From positions 39,308,001 through 39,372,000 of the forward strand of contig NC_043000.1 of NCBI RefSeq assembly GCF_006345805.1: a DNA stretch of 64,000 nucleotides, written 5' to 3'. Below the pieces are notes generated by a model. That model saw nothing but the letters and a program-made list of their open reading frames with translations. It searched no databases and was not told the origin of the DNA. The stretch is from Octopus sinensis. Its lineage: Eukaryota. Both the position numbers and the translations under genes were made by a program. Positions 53,526-64,000 of the stretch are shown piece after piece; within the stretch, counting starts at the first letter, position 1, and each line of letters opens with the position of its first letter.

Positions 53526-53614
53526 TGTGTGTGTGTGTGTATGTGTGTGTACATATATATATATGTACATACATATATACATATACATCCATACATACAA
53601 ATACAGGCATGTAT

Positions 53615-53652
<38 letters not shown>

Positions 53653-53727
53653 GCTTGATAACACGAATGATAATGATAATAGTTGTTTACTGGCATAGAA
53701 ATATTTCTGCGCATTATTCGCTGCATT

Positions 53728-53765
<38 letters not shown>

Positions 53766-54053
53766 ACACACATACTCACACACACTCACACTCACACACG
53801 GGTGACTCATACCATGAATGACAGCTATATCTTGTCGACCCAATATCTTGTTACAAATATTTACAGCTTGGAGATATTTCCTGGGAATTTACATTCTGAA
53901 TTTGAATTCTGCCAATGTCAACATGACTTTTATCATTCTAGAGTCGATAAAATATGATCCAGCTTAGTATCGGGGTCAATGAAATATAGCAACAAACTGT
54001 CACAACAGTTAAAGCCTTGTCTTTGTGGCAGAAAGAATTATTCATTGCTTTAA

Positions 54054-54274
54054 CCCTTTAGCATTTAAACCGGCCATATCCGGCTGAAAGTATTCTGCTT
54101 GTTTTATGTTCAAACTGGCCATATCTGGTCTCTCACACCAACCCTACAATACCATCTTAAAAATTAACAGCTTCCTCATCAAAATCTCATAACTACAAGA
54201 TAATGCATGATTAGTTCAAAACAATGTGGATGAAAAGGCATTAATTTTGGCAGAATAATGCGAACACTAAAGGG
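54054..54274. mobile_element. piggyBac-type MITE
   Basis: TTAA TSDs at 54050-54053 and 54275-54278; TIR CCCTTTAG / CTAAAGGG. Confidence 0.85.
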
Positions 54275-54339
54275 TTAAGGGTACTTTGAGGAAGACTATT
54301 CTCTATCTCTCTGTCTCTCTACTTGTCTCTCCCACCACC

Positions 54340-54375
<36 letters not shown>

Positions 54376-54869
54376 CTTATATATAAATATACGTATATAC
54401 ACACAGTTATGGTATATTCTGTGAAGAACGTACTAGAGCACAGTATAAAGCTCGTCCACTTTTAGATTCCACCCTGTGATATCCAGTAGTAGCATTGTAT
54501 GTACTTCTAGGTTTGCATTTGATTTTCTGTCGATTGTGAATTGATAACTGAAAAACTTGGAGTCAACAAGAGGGAATACAACAGACAGAGAGGATGCACT
54601 TGAAGCCAAGAATTTGAAATGAAGGAGACAAAATTGAAATATTGCCTCAAAATATTTACAAATTGCAGGAAGAAGGGGAGATCCTAAAACGAAGGCGCGC
54701 GTGCATGTGTGTATGTGAGCGTATGTGCGTGTGGATGGGGGCTAGTGACTTTGACGTGTGGATGTGTGCGTGTGTGTGTACGTCCGTAATGTGTGGGTGT
54801 GTGGATGATGATGTGGTGGTGTATTCTGTGGTGTGATGTGGTAGTGTTGGGGTGTGGGGATGTGAGAGC

Positions 54870-55960
54870 GGGGTGTGGGTTTGGTGTAATGTGCGAATAG
54901 GGGTGGGGTATGTGGGAGTGGGATGTGTCGATGGAAGAGCGTATGGATGAACGGAGAAGGTGGGTAGCAGTGAAGAGAAGAAGTAGGTGTCAGATGAAGA
55001 GACGAGAAAAGGAGATTCAGAGGAAGAGGGGAGAGGAGTTGAGCCTATGTGTGACAAAAGAACGAAGAGAGATTATCTCCTGTTCACGGAGAAGGCGAGA
55101 GTCAGGATGACTCATGTGCAAAGACAATACGAACACAGGCAGGTGTTGTAATGAATCACCGGTAGAGCAGAAATGGCGCGAGACCGGAGTGCCATTGCCG
55201 AGTCTCAGAGGGGCTCCGCGAACCGGTCAGCCAAGCGGCGTCCCGTTTGACCGATGTACAGAGAAGGGCATAGAGAGCAGGTGATGCAGTAAATGACGTT
55301 GCTAGAAGTGCACGTAAAGGAGTCAGTGATATGATAGGGACGATGGTGGGTACCTGTGAGGATGGTGGTGCTGGAGAGACAGGGGAAAATGTGACAGCGT
55401 GGGCGGGAGCAGTGGAAGGAGCCAGGCTGGAGGAAAGAAAATATGGAGCTGAAGGTGATATAGGTTGCGGGCTCCTTTGAAGGAGGGAAGGGGTAAGTTG
55501 AGGAAAATGTGCGAAGTGGAGGAGTCGGAGTGGAGTCACTGGAAGGCTCGGAAAATGATGCGTTGGAGGGGCAAGGTGAAGGGGTGGTAGGTGGAGAGAA
55601 ACGGGAAACGAGTAACGGCGAGGCGGGTGCGGGGCAGAGAGCAGAGACACAGTCTACGGAACGTGCTCTAGCAAGATGGGGTGGATATTGGTGGGGGATA
55701 TCCACGAAGGATGAAGTGGTGAGCCATGAGTTGACACCGAGTCTCAAAGTCATTGTAGTCAGTGAAGAGCCTGCGCAGACGGAGGAATTGGGAGTAGAGG
55801 AGGGAGAGCTTGGTGTGGGTAGGGTTGGAGGAGGAGAAGTTGAAGTATAATCGTGGGTCCGTGTGTTTGTAGTGGATGGAGGCAGAAAGAGCAGAGTTGT
55901 GTATGTTGACCGAAATGTCGAGAAAAACGATGTAAGTGTTGGAAATGGTGCAGGAGAATT
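54870..55960 (-). mobile_element. Decayed Penelope-like element (Neptune-like), RT thumb + linker + GIY-YIG
   Basis: PGSFHCSRPRCHIFP...FTCTSSNVIYCITCSLCPSLYIGQTGRRLADRFAE, RLLREQEII. Confidence 0.85.
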
Positions 55961-56338
55961 GAACTAATATTCTTTATTAGAATTCTAAATTCAAAATTAT
56001 AGATCTTAATTTCCGCTGGTATTGGTCTCTGAGTGGGTGCTTCACAAATTCAAGATTTCGTACTGTTTCCCATAAATCATCTTCAAATATGTCCAGGTGT
56101 TTATTAGGCGGTGGGTTTCTTCTTCTTTTAAAGTGTTTTTTTTTTAAATTATATTTGCTTCTTTGGTGTTATCTTGATTGTGTCCTTCTTTCCTTGATAA
56201 AATTTCTTATCGAAAAAATCCCATTTTTATGGAAAAGGAATGTCCTTTAAAGATACATCCAAACAAATTTTCTCAATTTTTCCTGTAGAATCTCCAAATT
56301 AATTTTTATATTCGGTCCCGGAGGTTCCCCAACCTGAA

Positions 56339-57205
56339 TTGAGGAGCGTAGACTCAAACCCACCTGAAGACCGTTGTTCTCCCAATAGGAAGAAACGTAG
56401 TCAAAGCTCTAGTGGGGCAGATTTAGCTGCGAAACCTGCTCAAGATCAAATCTGTTTGGATTCTCCCTCATTTGTCCTTCCCATCAATGTCATTACTCAA
56501 CCAATTCTGAATGATCTTAATGTGAGCTCATCTGGGGTGTGGTGCTCCTCCTCCAAACTGAAGAAGAGGCAGTGCAGTTCCAAACCAGGCGGGAGAGTTA
56601 TAACCACTAAACCCATTCCGATCGACCCCAAAGGCCTACATAGGTATGATGGCTACGAAACCGCCCTTTCTAATTTATCCGACGAAGAATTGAATGCCAC
56701 AGTTCACAGTAGAGAACAGAACGATCCTTTTGCCCACTCAAGATCAGCAATCATTTATGCTAAAGCTGAATCCACCGGTGATACAGGCATAAAACGCCTA
56801 AAAGATGACATAAATTTTGTTTCTGTTTTAGTTGAATTGTTCTCTGTCAACGAAAATGTCAGTATCCATAAGGTCGCTCGGCTAGGAAGATTCCAAGTGA
56901 ACTCAACCTCAGACACTAGACCACGCCCAATAAGAGTAATATTTTCTTCCGAACAGGAGGCTTCAACCTTTCTGAACAGAGCTCAGAAGCATGCCTGGAA
57001 GGACCCCAATATGGGCTTCCGCGAGCAATACTCACTGAGAGAGAGAATTCGTCGGAGAAACCTGATATCCGAGCTGAAGATGAGAAAACAGATGGGAGAG
57101 AAGGGTTTACGCATCCAAGATGGACAGATAATCAAGTCCTACCTCTGGTCGCATGCTGTAGTGCTGACAGGGAAAGTGAATCGAGGGCGAATCGAAGTGA
57201 AGTAG
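56339..57205 (+). CDS. CR1 ORF1-like protein (open 288 codons from a TTG)
   Basis: Intact frame upstream of ORF2; RLGR...RPRPIRVIF and C-terminal R...ELKMRK motifs typical of LINE ORF1. Confidence 0.6.
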   Translation: MRSVDSNPPEDRCSPNRKKRSQSSSGADLAAKPAQDQICLDSPSFVLPINVITQPILNDLNVSSSGVWCSSSKLKKRQCSSKPGGRVITTKPIPIDPKGLHRYDGYETALSNLSDEELNATVHSREQNDPFAHSRSAIIYAKAESTGDTGIKRLKDDINFVSVLVELFSVNENVSIHKVARLGRFQVNSTSDTRPRPIRVIFSSEQEASTFLNRAQKHAWKDPNMGFREQYSLRERIRRRNLISELKMRKQMGEKGLRIQDGQIIKSYLWSHAVVLTGKVNRGRIEVK

Positions 57206-57289
57206 ACATCCCCGACAACGATACTATCTCTGATATCCCTTATTCTGTTTGATCCCTAATTCCCGCCCCTCAAACTTCACAGCTCAGCA

Positions 57290-59760
57290 TCGTCTATACC
57301 AACTCGTGCTCCTTATTTTCAAAGTTCAGCGAATTATTTACACTGGCCATGCGTGATTCCCCAGATGTGATAGCTATCACCGAGACTTGGCTGACTCCAG
57401 CAGTAAAGGACTCGGAAATCCACCTACAGGGCTACGCCCTCTTCAGATGTGACAGAGAAAAAATGCGAGGTGGAGGTGTTGCTGTGTATGTAAAATCTGA
57501 TCTCAAACCGTCCAGCGGTATTCTACCCACTAATGCTCAACCTACAACAAAATTCGATGCCGTCTATTGCAAGCTGAGCCTATCCAGGTTTTGCCTGCCC
57601 GTGTTAGCTGTCTACAGGCCGCCTCTTGCCGACCCCCAGGACGATGCTCATTTACTAGAAGCGATAAGACTCGTTTCATCTTCTCATGAATGTTTGATAT
57701 TAGGAGACTTCAACGCTCTCACGATCGACTAGCACGCATCAATTTGTACATCATCTTCCCCGTTCGGCCAGGCCCTTCTTGACGTGGCTGAAGATTGTTT
57801 TCTATCGCAACATGTTGAATCTCCGACAAGGCATCGGTCTGGGCAGCAGCCATCTATGCTGGATCTGGTATTCTCCCGCTATCCAAGATCAGTGTCGGGC
57901 TTATCTGTGTGCGCCCCTCTTGCCAAGAGTGATCACGCGGTCCTGAATTTCGACATGCACACAACTTTTTCTACGCCCACGACTACTTCGCTGCCACGTA
58001 GAGTCTTCTCTGCAATCAATCTTGAAATTCTAACCGATGCTTCTGCGCTTCTGGACTGGCGATCCCTGATGACAATGTCCTCAGTTGACGAACTATGGTC
58101 GTCTCTCAAAGCATATGTAATCTGGTTGACTGCCCAAGCAGTTCCCGTTGGGCTTCCCAAGAAGAAGAAACACAAGCCCTGGGTGACGAAGAAGGTTAAA
58201 CGAGAACTTCGACTCAAAGATATTGCTTGAGCTGAATTCAAAAATCTGGATTCGGCTGCAGCTTTTGAGGTGTACAAAACTCAACGAGACCGAGCCGTGA
58301 AAATTGAAAAGGAAGAACGCTTCAGATATGAAAACAGAATCGCGGCAAACGCCAGTCACAATCCAAGAACCTTCTTTGGCCATGTCCAACGGAATTTCCG
58401 CTTGAACAACTAAATTGCAACGTTGGTAGACTCAACAGGCGTATCGATTGAGGACCCTTATCAGAAGAGTCAGTTATTTGCCGAGGCTTTCTCGACAATT
58501 TTCAAACAAGATGATGGTCGTGAACCCACTCCATTTGATAGATCGGTACCTCTAATGCCTAGATTGGTCATCACTCGTGACGAAGTAAGTCGAACGCGTT
58601 ATTCAAGGCCTCGATGTCAACAGGGGTCACGGCCCTGACGGCATACACCCACAGGTTATCAAACGTTGGCTCCGGTCATCTGCGAACCTTTAACACTTCT
58701 ATTCAATATTTATTGGACTTTTCCAAAGCTTTTGATTCAGTTATCCATCAGCTATTACTTGTCAAGCTTCAAGCATATAGTTTCCATCCGGATATTGTAC
58801 GATTGGTTGGTGCCTTCCTCCCAGATCACTCCTTCCAAGTCCAAGTTAATGGTTCGCTGTCCGACGTCTCCAGTGCGAGCAGTGGCGTGCCTCGAGGTTC
58901 AGTGCTTGGGCCGTTATTGTTTTTAGTCTTCATCAATGACTTGCCCGACGACCTCACGCAACACACCCTTCTATTTGCCGACGATGTCAAACTGGTCGCT
59001 CCTCGCAGTGATATAGATATCTTCGTCGATGCCTCCACCAAGTTTGGAGATGGTCAAACGAATGGGACCTGTGTCTGAACGTGTCAAAGTGCTGTCATCT
59101 GCCTGTTGGCTCCTCTCCTGCAACTTTCGAGCCGGGTCGTCTGCTGCTGGAGAAGACCGATCAGGTAAAGGACCTGGGTATCTTGGTGGATTCTTCCTTT
59201 TCGCTTTCGGCCCAATACGTCTATGCTGCCAACAAAGCACGCGGAGTTCTGTTTTTGATCCGACGGTCATTCGGAATGCTCACAGCAGCCATATTCCTAC
59301 CGCTCTATGTCACGCTGGTGAGACCCATATTGGAGTACGGGATTCAAGCCTCTTCTCCTTATCTCCTCAAAGACATACATCATCTCGAAAGAATCCAGAA
59401 GCTGGCTACCCGCATGGTTCTTGGTCTCAAGCATTTGTCTTATGAAGAAAAGCTGAAGACGCTCGACTTTTATTCTCTCGAAAGATGACGACGCCGTGGT
59501 GATCTCATTCTCGCTCACAACATCATAAGCGGAAAGTGTAACCTCTCGAACGAGCTGTTCTTCACTCCTGCTCCAGACGTGGGCTGCGGGGTCACTCCGA
59601 AAAGCTCTATCTACGACGATTTCATCTCAATCGAAGGAGAGGAGCTTTCTCTGACCGGGTTGCGGATCTGTGGAATAAGCTGCCGGACGAGATAGTGAAG
59701 AAGCCGACGACCGCTCGGTTCAAAGTCTCTCTTGACCAGAAATGGCCTGAACTCTTTGTA
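57290..59760 (+). pseudogene. CR1 ORF2 (AP endonuclease + RT) with stops, frameshifts and an internal RT deletion
   Basis: IAITETWL, RCDR...GGGVAVYVK, ILGDFN, LDLVFS, SDHAVL; LDFSKAFDSV, GVPRGSVLGPLLFLVFINDLP, LFADDVKL, VRPILEYG. Confidence 0.9.
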
Positions 59761-60085
59761 TGAACACCTTCCCTGTACATAACTCCGTGTCCCCCAACAT
59801 GGCCTTGCTTTTGCTTTTTGAGCCAAAAAATTAAATTAAATTAAATTAAATTAAAAAATTAATTATTACCAAACCAGTAAGAATAATTCATCTAATTTTG
59901 TATAACCGTTGTATAGTAATCTTTATCTTCTAACCTATCCTACATTATATTTACTACATCAGTTTTATTTTATTTTTTCGCATATTTAAGTGTTATTTTT
60001 CTCATTTAAATCCATTATTTATTTAAATCTTTATATCTTTGTGTATATATATATATTCTAATTATTTAAATTTTTTACTACACAC

Positions 60086-60179
<94 letters not shown>

Positions 60180-61121
60180 GCATGAAGAAAATGGAGGAAA
60201 ATACCAGGAAGAAGTTGGTCGTTTGCGCTAGTAAGCCATTAATTTAATTAATTAAGAAAGAAAAGTGGTAGTAATAGTACATTTACGATTGTTTCTGCTT
60301 ACCAATTGTAGTGGTAGACATCATTAGAATGCAGAATCATATGTAGAGGTAAGAAGAGCGAAAAACATAGGGATACATTGGTAACGAGAATAAAGACAAT
60401 TATAATTGATTTCTTAATTTATAATTCTGCTGCGAAGTGGATGTAGGGTAGAGGTTATTTCTTTTAATTTCCATCTATTTGTTATTGATTTTATTTTTAT
60501 TTGTATCCTTCTTGCTTTTTGCCCTTGTTATATTAGGCTTATTCCATTTTATTTTATGGCTTTTTTATCCTTTTACTGTATCTTTTATATATATTTTCTT
60601 TAATTATTTTCTAAAACATGATATATTCATGAATATCTATAACTCACCACCTAGATACACTTATACATAGCATTTAACTTCTTAAACTCACTAATACTCT
60701 GTATACATCTTTCAAAGGAAAAGTGATAACCTATGTTCTATTAGCTCATAATAACCCAGAAGAAGCTCTACACCATATAGTTAGAATATGATATCTTTCT
60801 TAGCATTAACAAAATGCTTAGAATTTCTGATCAACTAGGGAGTAGTAACGAAACACATATATGTAGTTTCTTTTATTATTATTATTTTTCTTGGATTTAC
60901 AACTTATAATCAATTTGTTTGTATTATTATGTTTTTCAAAGAAATTTCCGACATTTTATAACATACAAATAAATTATTCATTCATCCACTTTTTCTCAAT
61001 TTTCTTTCCTTCAATATTAATAATATATATAGTTACTATAATCCCTAACGTATACCAGTGACTTTCGCATTGTACAATCCCTAATGAGAATATAACTTCC
61101 GCGAATTGATTACGTATATAC

Positions 61122-61174
<53 letters not shown>

Positions 61175-61175
<1 letters not shown>

Positions 61176-61560
61176 TAGGCAAAAACAGATAACAAAGCCA
61201 TTGGGATTGCACATATCTGTGCCTTCCCTACAAATTTCTCCGCGACAAGTGTCAACCTTTTAGCTACCGCTTCGGCCAAAATCTTTAACTCTACGTTAAG
61301 TAGAGTTATGGGCCTGAAATTACTATGATTCCCGTTGCTCGGGTTTTTCTGATCAACGTCACCACTCTCCATCTCACCAAACAACCGGGCGAAATGCTCT
61401 TAAAAATCCATTCGCATCTCCTCTTGTTCTCACAAAAAAAAACAACAATGTTCCGCCCTGTAGGGCGAAAACACCGCCTAAACGACGACAAAAGTTCAAT
61501 CCACACAGGGATCCACAAAGCAAACACAGTGTAACCATAACAGCGTAAAAGTTAACAAAA
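61175..61560 (-). pseudogene. L1/Tx1-clade RT fragment
   Basis: VVTLIRK...SNFRPITLLNVELKILAEAVAKRL...Q..AIP. Confidence 0.7.
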
Positions 61561-62218
61561 TCACCAACAAAAGCAAAACTCACAATAGCAAAGATTCAGC
61601 AACAGATGTTGGTAAGCTAGGCAATCCTGAACGAACTGATAAAGCGTATAGCTTTATATATAATTTAGCTAATACATTGATTGATTTGCGCTAGTAGATC
61701 GCCCGACAGAGGAAAAATATAGGAGTAATTGTGTTAAGCAGCGTTTACGTATACTCACAACTTAGGTTAGTTGAAATATGTGATAAACATATATATATAC
61801 ATGTATGTATGTGTGTGTATCTATGTATGTATGTATGTATCATTTAATTCGTCCTCAGTCGAAAGACACCTGCTTTTAATGTCCTGTTGTTTGCATTTGT
61901 GTTTTTGTACAATTTCTCCGTATTTTTCGTCTTTGTTTTCGTATACATTGGCTGCTGTCTTTCAAGGAATCTAGTGCTCTTAGCTTAGATTTTCGTAGGG
62001 ACTGGCCAGAATGGAGCAGTCTCGAGAATAACCAAGACGAAACTGCAAAGATAATCTGGAACTCGACTGATGAAAGGAAACTCTGAGAGACCGTCCTTGC
62101 TTCTTCTTACCCCTTTTTATATCGTCCAACTGTCTGGAGGTTTTGTCGTCGCCTGTTGCGTTCTTGTCCCATTTTTGTAGTCTTTATATATATATATCGC
62201 GGCGTACATACACTTTAG

Positions 62219-62257
<39 letters not shown>

Positions 62258-62399
62258 CCATAATATAAATTGGACATGGGTGAGCGTTGTATTCTTTTTG
62301 TCTTGAGGTTAACAGCCAAACGTCTGAGTGGATTCGCGTGAAAATGGCACAGATGTGGAGACGGCTACAATGATTGGAATGCCGTTTGTATTTTTTCCT

Positions 62400-63980
62400 A
62401 TCTCCCATAGTTACCGAGAAAATCGATTAAAACTTTTCTAATGGAATTCCCACGCCAACATACATAACCTCTCTCTCCTTTTCTCTGTTACTCACTCACA
62501 CATTCTCTCATTACAACAAGTGAATAACGAAATTTCAGTTACCTCTCTCACCCATATCGCATCAAACACACACACACACAAACACACGCTCTCCCTCTCT
62601 CCCTCTCACACACACACACTCACACACTCTCTCTCTCTCTCATACACGAATACGCACGCATATCAGTTCTTTCGCTTCACGCCAACTTCAAAGGAACTTC
62701 ACTCATACAAACGCCCTGTATCTATCTGTTTCGCTTTCACGGTGGCTTCAAAAGATCCCCTTTCCACCCCTCCGGCATTAACCCAAACTACCACCTGCTG
62801 ACTGCAAAAATCCCGCCAAATTAGCCGAAAACACACACACACACACACATACAAACACACATGTCCATTTCATATATTTTCTTTAAATTTCTGCTCTTTT
62901 GATTACACAGAAGTCCAATACAATATCTCTCAGCTACATTTCGTTCTCTAAAGAAGGTAAGGTCTATTTTTCCTGTAAGCGTATACCAATGACTTCTTCA
63001 ATAATTTTCCACTTAACTTTTATCTTTACTTTTCTTAAATTGGATACGTCTGCTATTAAGTTGCAGAACTTTGGCAGTATAGTTAAAAATCATTTCTGCT
63101 TTATTTCTTACATACAATTTGTAAATTCTTACAGCTTCATTTTTTGGTGATGATTGAAATTTCAAACATTTTCTAACTTTTAAAGCAATTCTTAACGTCA
63201 ACTTCTTAATGCCTCTTCTAGTTTTTCATAGCACCCATACTTACCGAGAAAATCGATTAAAACTTCTTACCCTCTTTGTTCCCTCATTAAAACAATCAGT
63301 TGCTCACACAGCCGCCATATACCATTCCGCTAGCAACTAGGGGACTACAAGATGAGTCAGCCAAAACTTTCCCTATGCTGTCTCTCTTCTTTCACCTCTT
63401 TGTGAGGTTAATTATCTTCATCTTTAGTTAGTTTCTCGTTCAAACTACATATTACGCACAATTACCGGATTAATACAGTAGGTTGTTTTGAGGGAGATTT
63501 CGCTGCTATTTCTACCAGGTCTACCTACCATGTTCACGCCTAAACTTCATTTTCATTCACAAATTTGCATTTCAAAAATTTCACATAATCTTCTCCGTAA
63601 ATTAACTATCGTAAAACTGTTCTACCATGACCTCATATTTTCTATGTATATGTGTGTACCTTAAAAGACGTGATAAGAAAGAGGTCCAATAGAATAGTTC
63701 TCACAAACAGATTACGTACATATTCTTTCTTCACAACACCTGAAGCTGTTTTCTGCGAAGATATTTTAATTTTCACTTGTCTGAGTATTGTTATTACAGA
63801 CAAATTAACAACAATTGCACTCCAGAGATAAACACAAACCACCTCGTGCTGACTGCACAAATCCCGCCAAATTAGCCGAAATGATAAGGTTGAGAAACGC
63901 TGTTACAGATTATGCCTAACCAAAAACGATCACACCCACATCATCCAAACAGACCGGGTGAAACCGGGATTAACTGCTAG
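62400..63980 (+). mobile_element. Non-autonomous Helitron-like element, 3' part
   Basis: Hairpin CCGG-GTGAAA-CCGG then CTAG|T at 63977-63981; internal duplicated blocks (62410/63240, 62795/63845); 5' end not located. Confidence 0.55.
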
Positions 63981-64000
63981 TATATATATAAATTAGAGAA

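Larger units (their letters stand above)
56040..59855 (+). mobile_element. CR1-clade LINE, near full length, decayed
   Basis: ORF1 + APE-RT ORF2 remnants; (TTAAA)n tail at 59828-59855; 5' boundary approximate. Confidence 0.85.

Noticed and set aside
60822-60875. CTGATCA...GAAA...TA motif
   Set aside because: G8 lost without compensation; stem I absent
62062-62095. CTGATGA aag GAAA ctctgag, stem-II-less hammerhead-like string
   Set aside because: No UH cleavage site after stem III and no stem I pairing; at most a relic

Overview
Eukaryotic, AT-rich, repeat-saturated DNA, most likely an octopus (cephalopod) genome. That assignment is inferred from the tRNA/CORE-type SINE family and the extreme (TA)n/(CA)n/(GA)n/(AAT)n density. 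I cannot confidently identify any host protein-coding gene, rRNA, true tRNA gene or CRISPR array; most ORFs in the track are microsatellite artefacts. Recognisable mobile elements are: a near full-length but disrupted R4/Dong-type RLE LINE in (TAA)n arrays plus three fragments; a 6.5 kb internally deleted Helitron and several non-autonomous Helitrons; a decayed CR1 LINE; RTE fragments; a Tx1/L1 fragment; three or four Penelope-like (PLE) relics; a deleted mariner; a piggyBac relic and MITE; and many SINEs. The main result of the hunt is a set of type I 'minimal' hammerhead ribozyme (HHR) motifs read by eye. Six are intact or nearly so (19965-20008, 29686-29767, 41386-41468, the identical pair 45209-45256/45692-45739, 48619-48745, 51571-51629), and there are several relics. 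All have a palindromic stem III (dimer type). They sit in small non-coding units flanked by (TA)n, arranged as tandem repeats or fold-backs. Unusual traits are long structured stem II inserts (28-100 nt) and a compensatory U3-A8 core. This looks like a diverse PLE-derived retrozyme-like system. Ribozyme activity and novelty are untested inferences. Coordinates were counted by hand, and element boundaries may be off by some bases.
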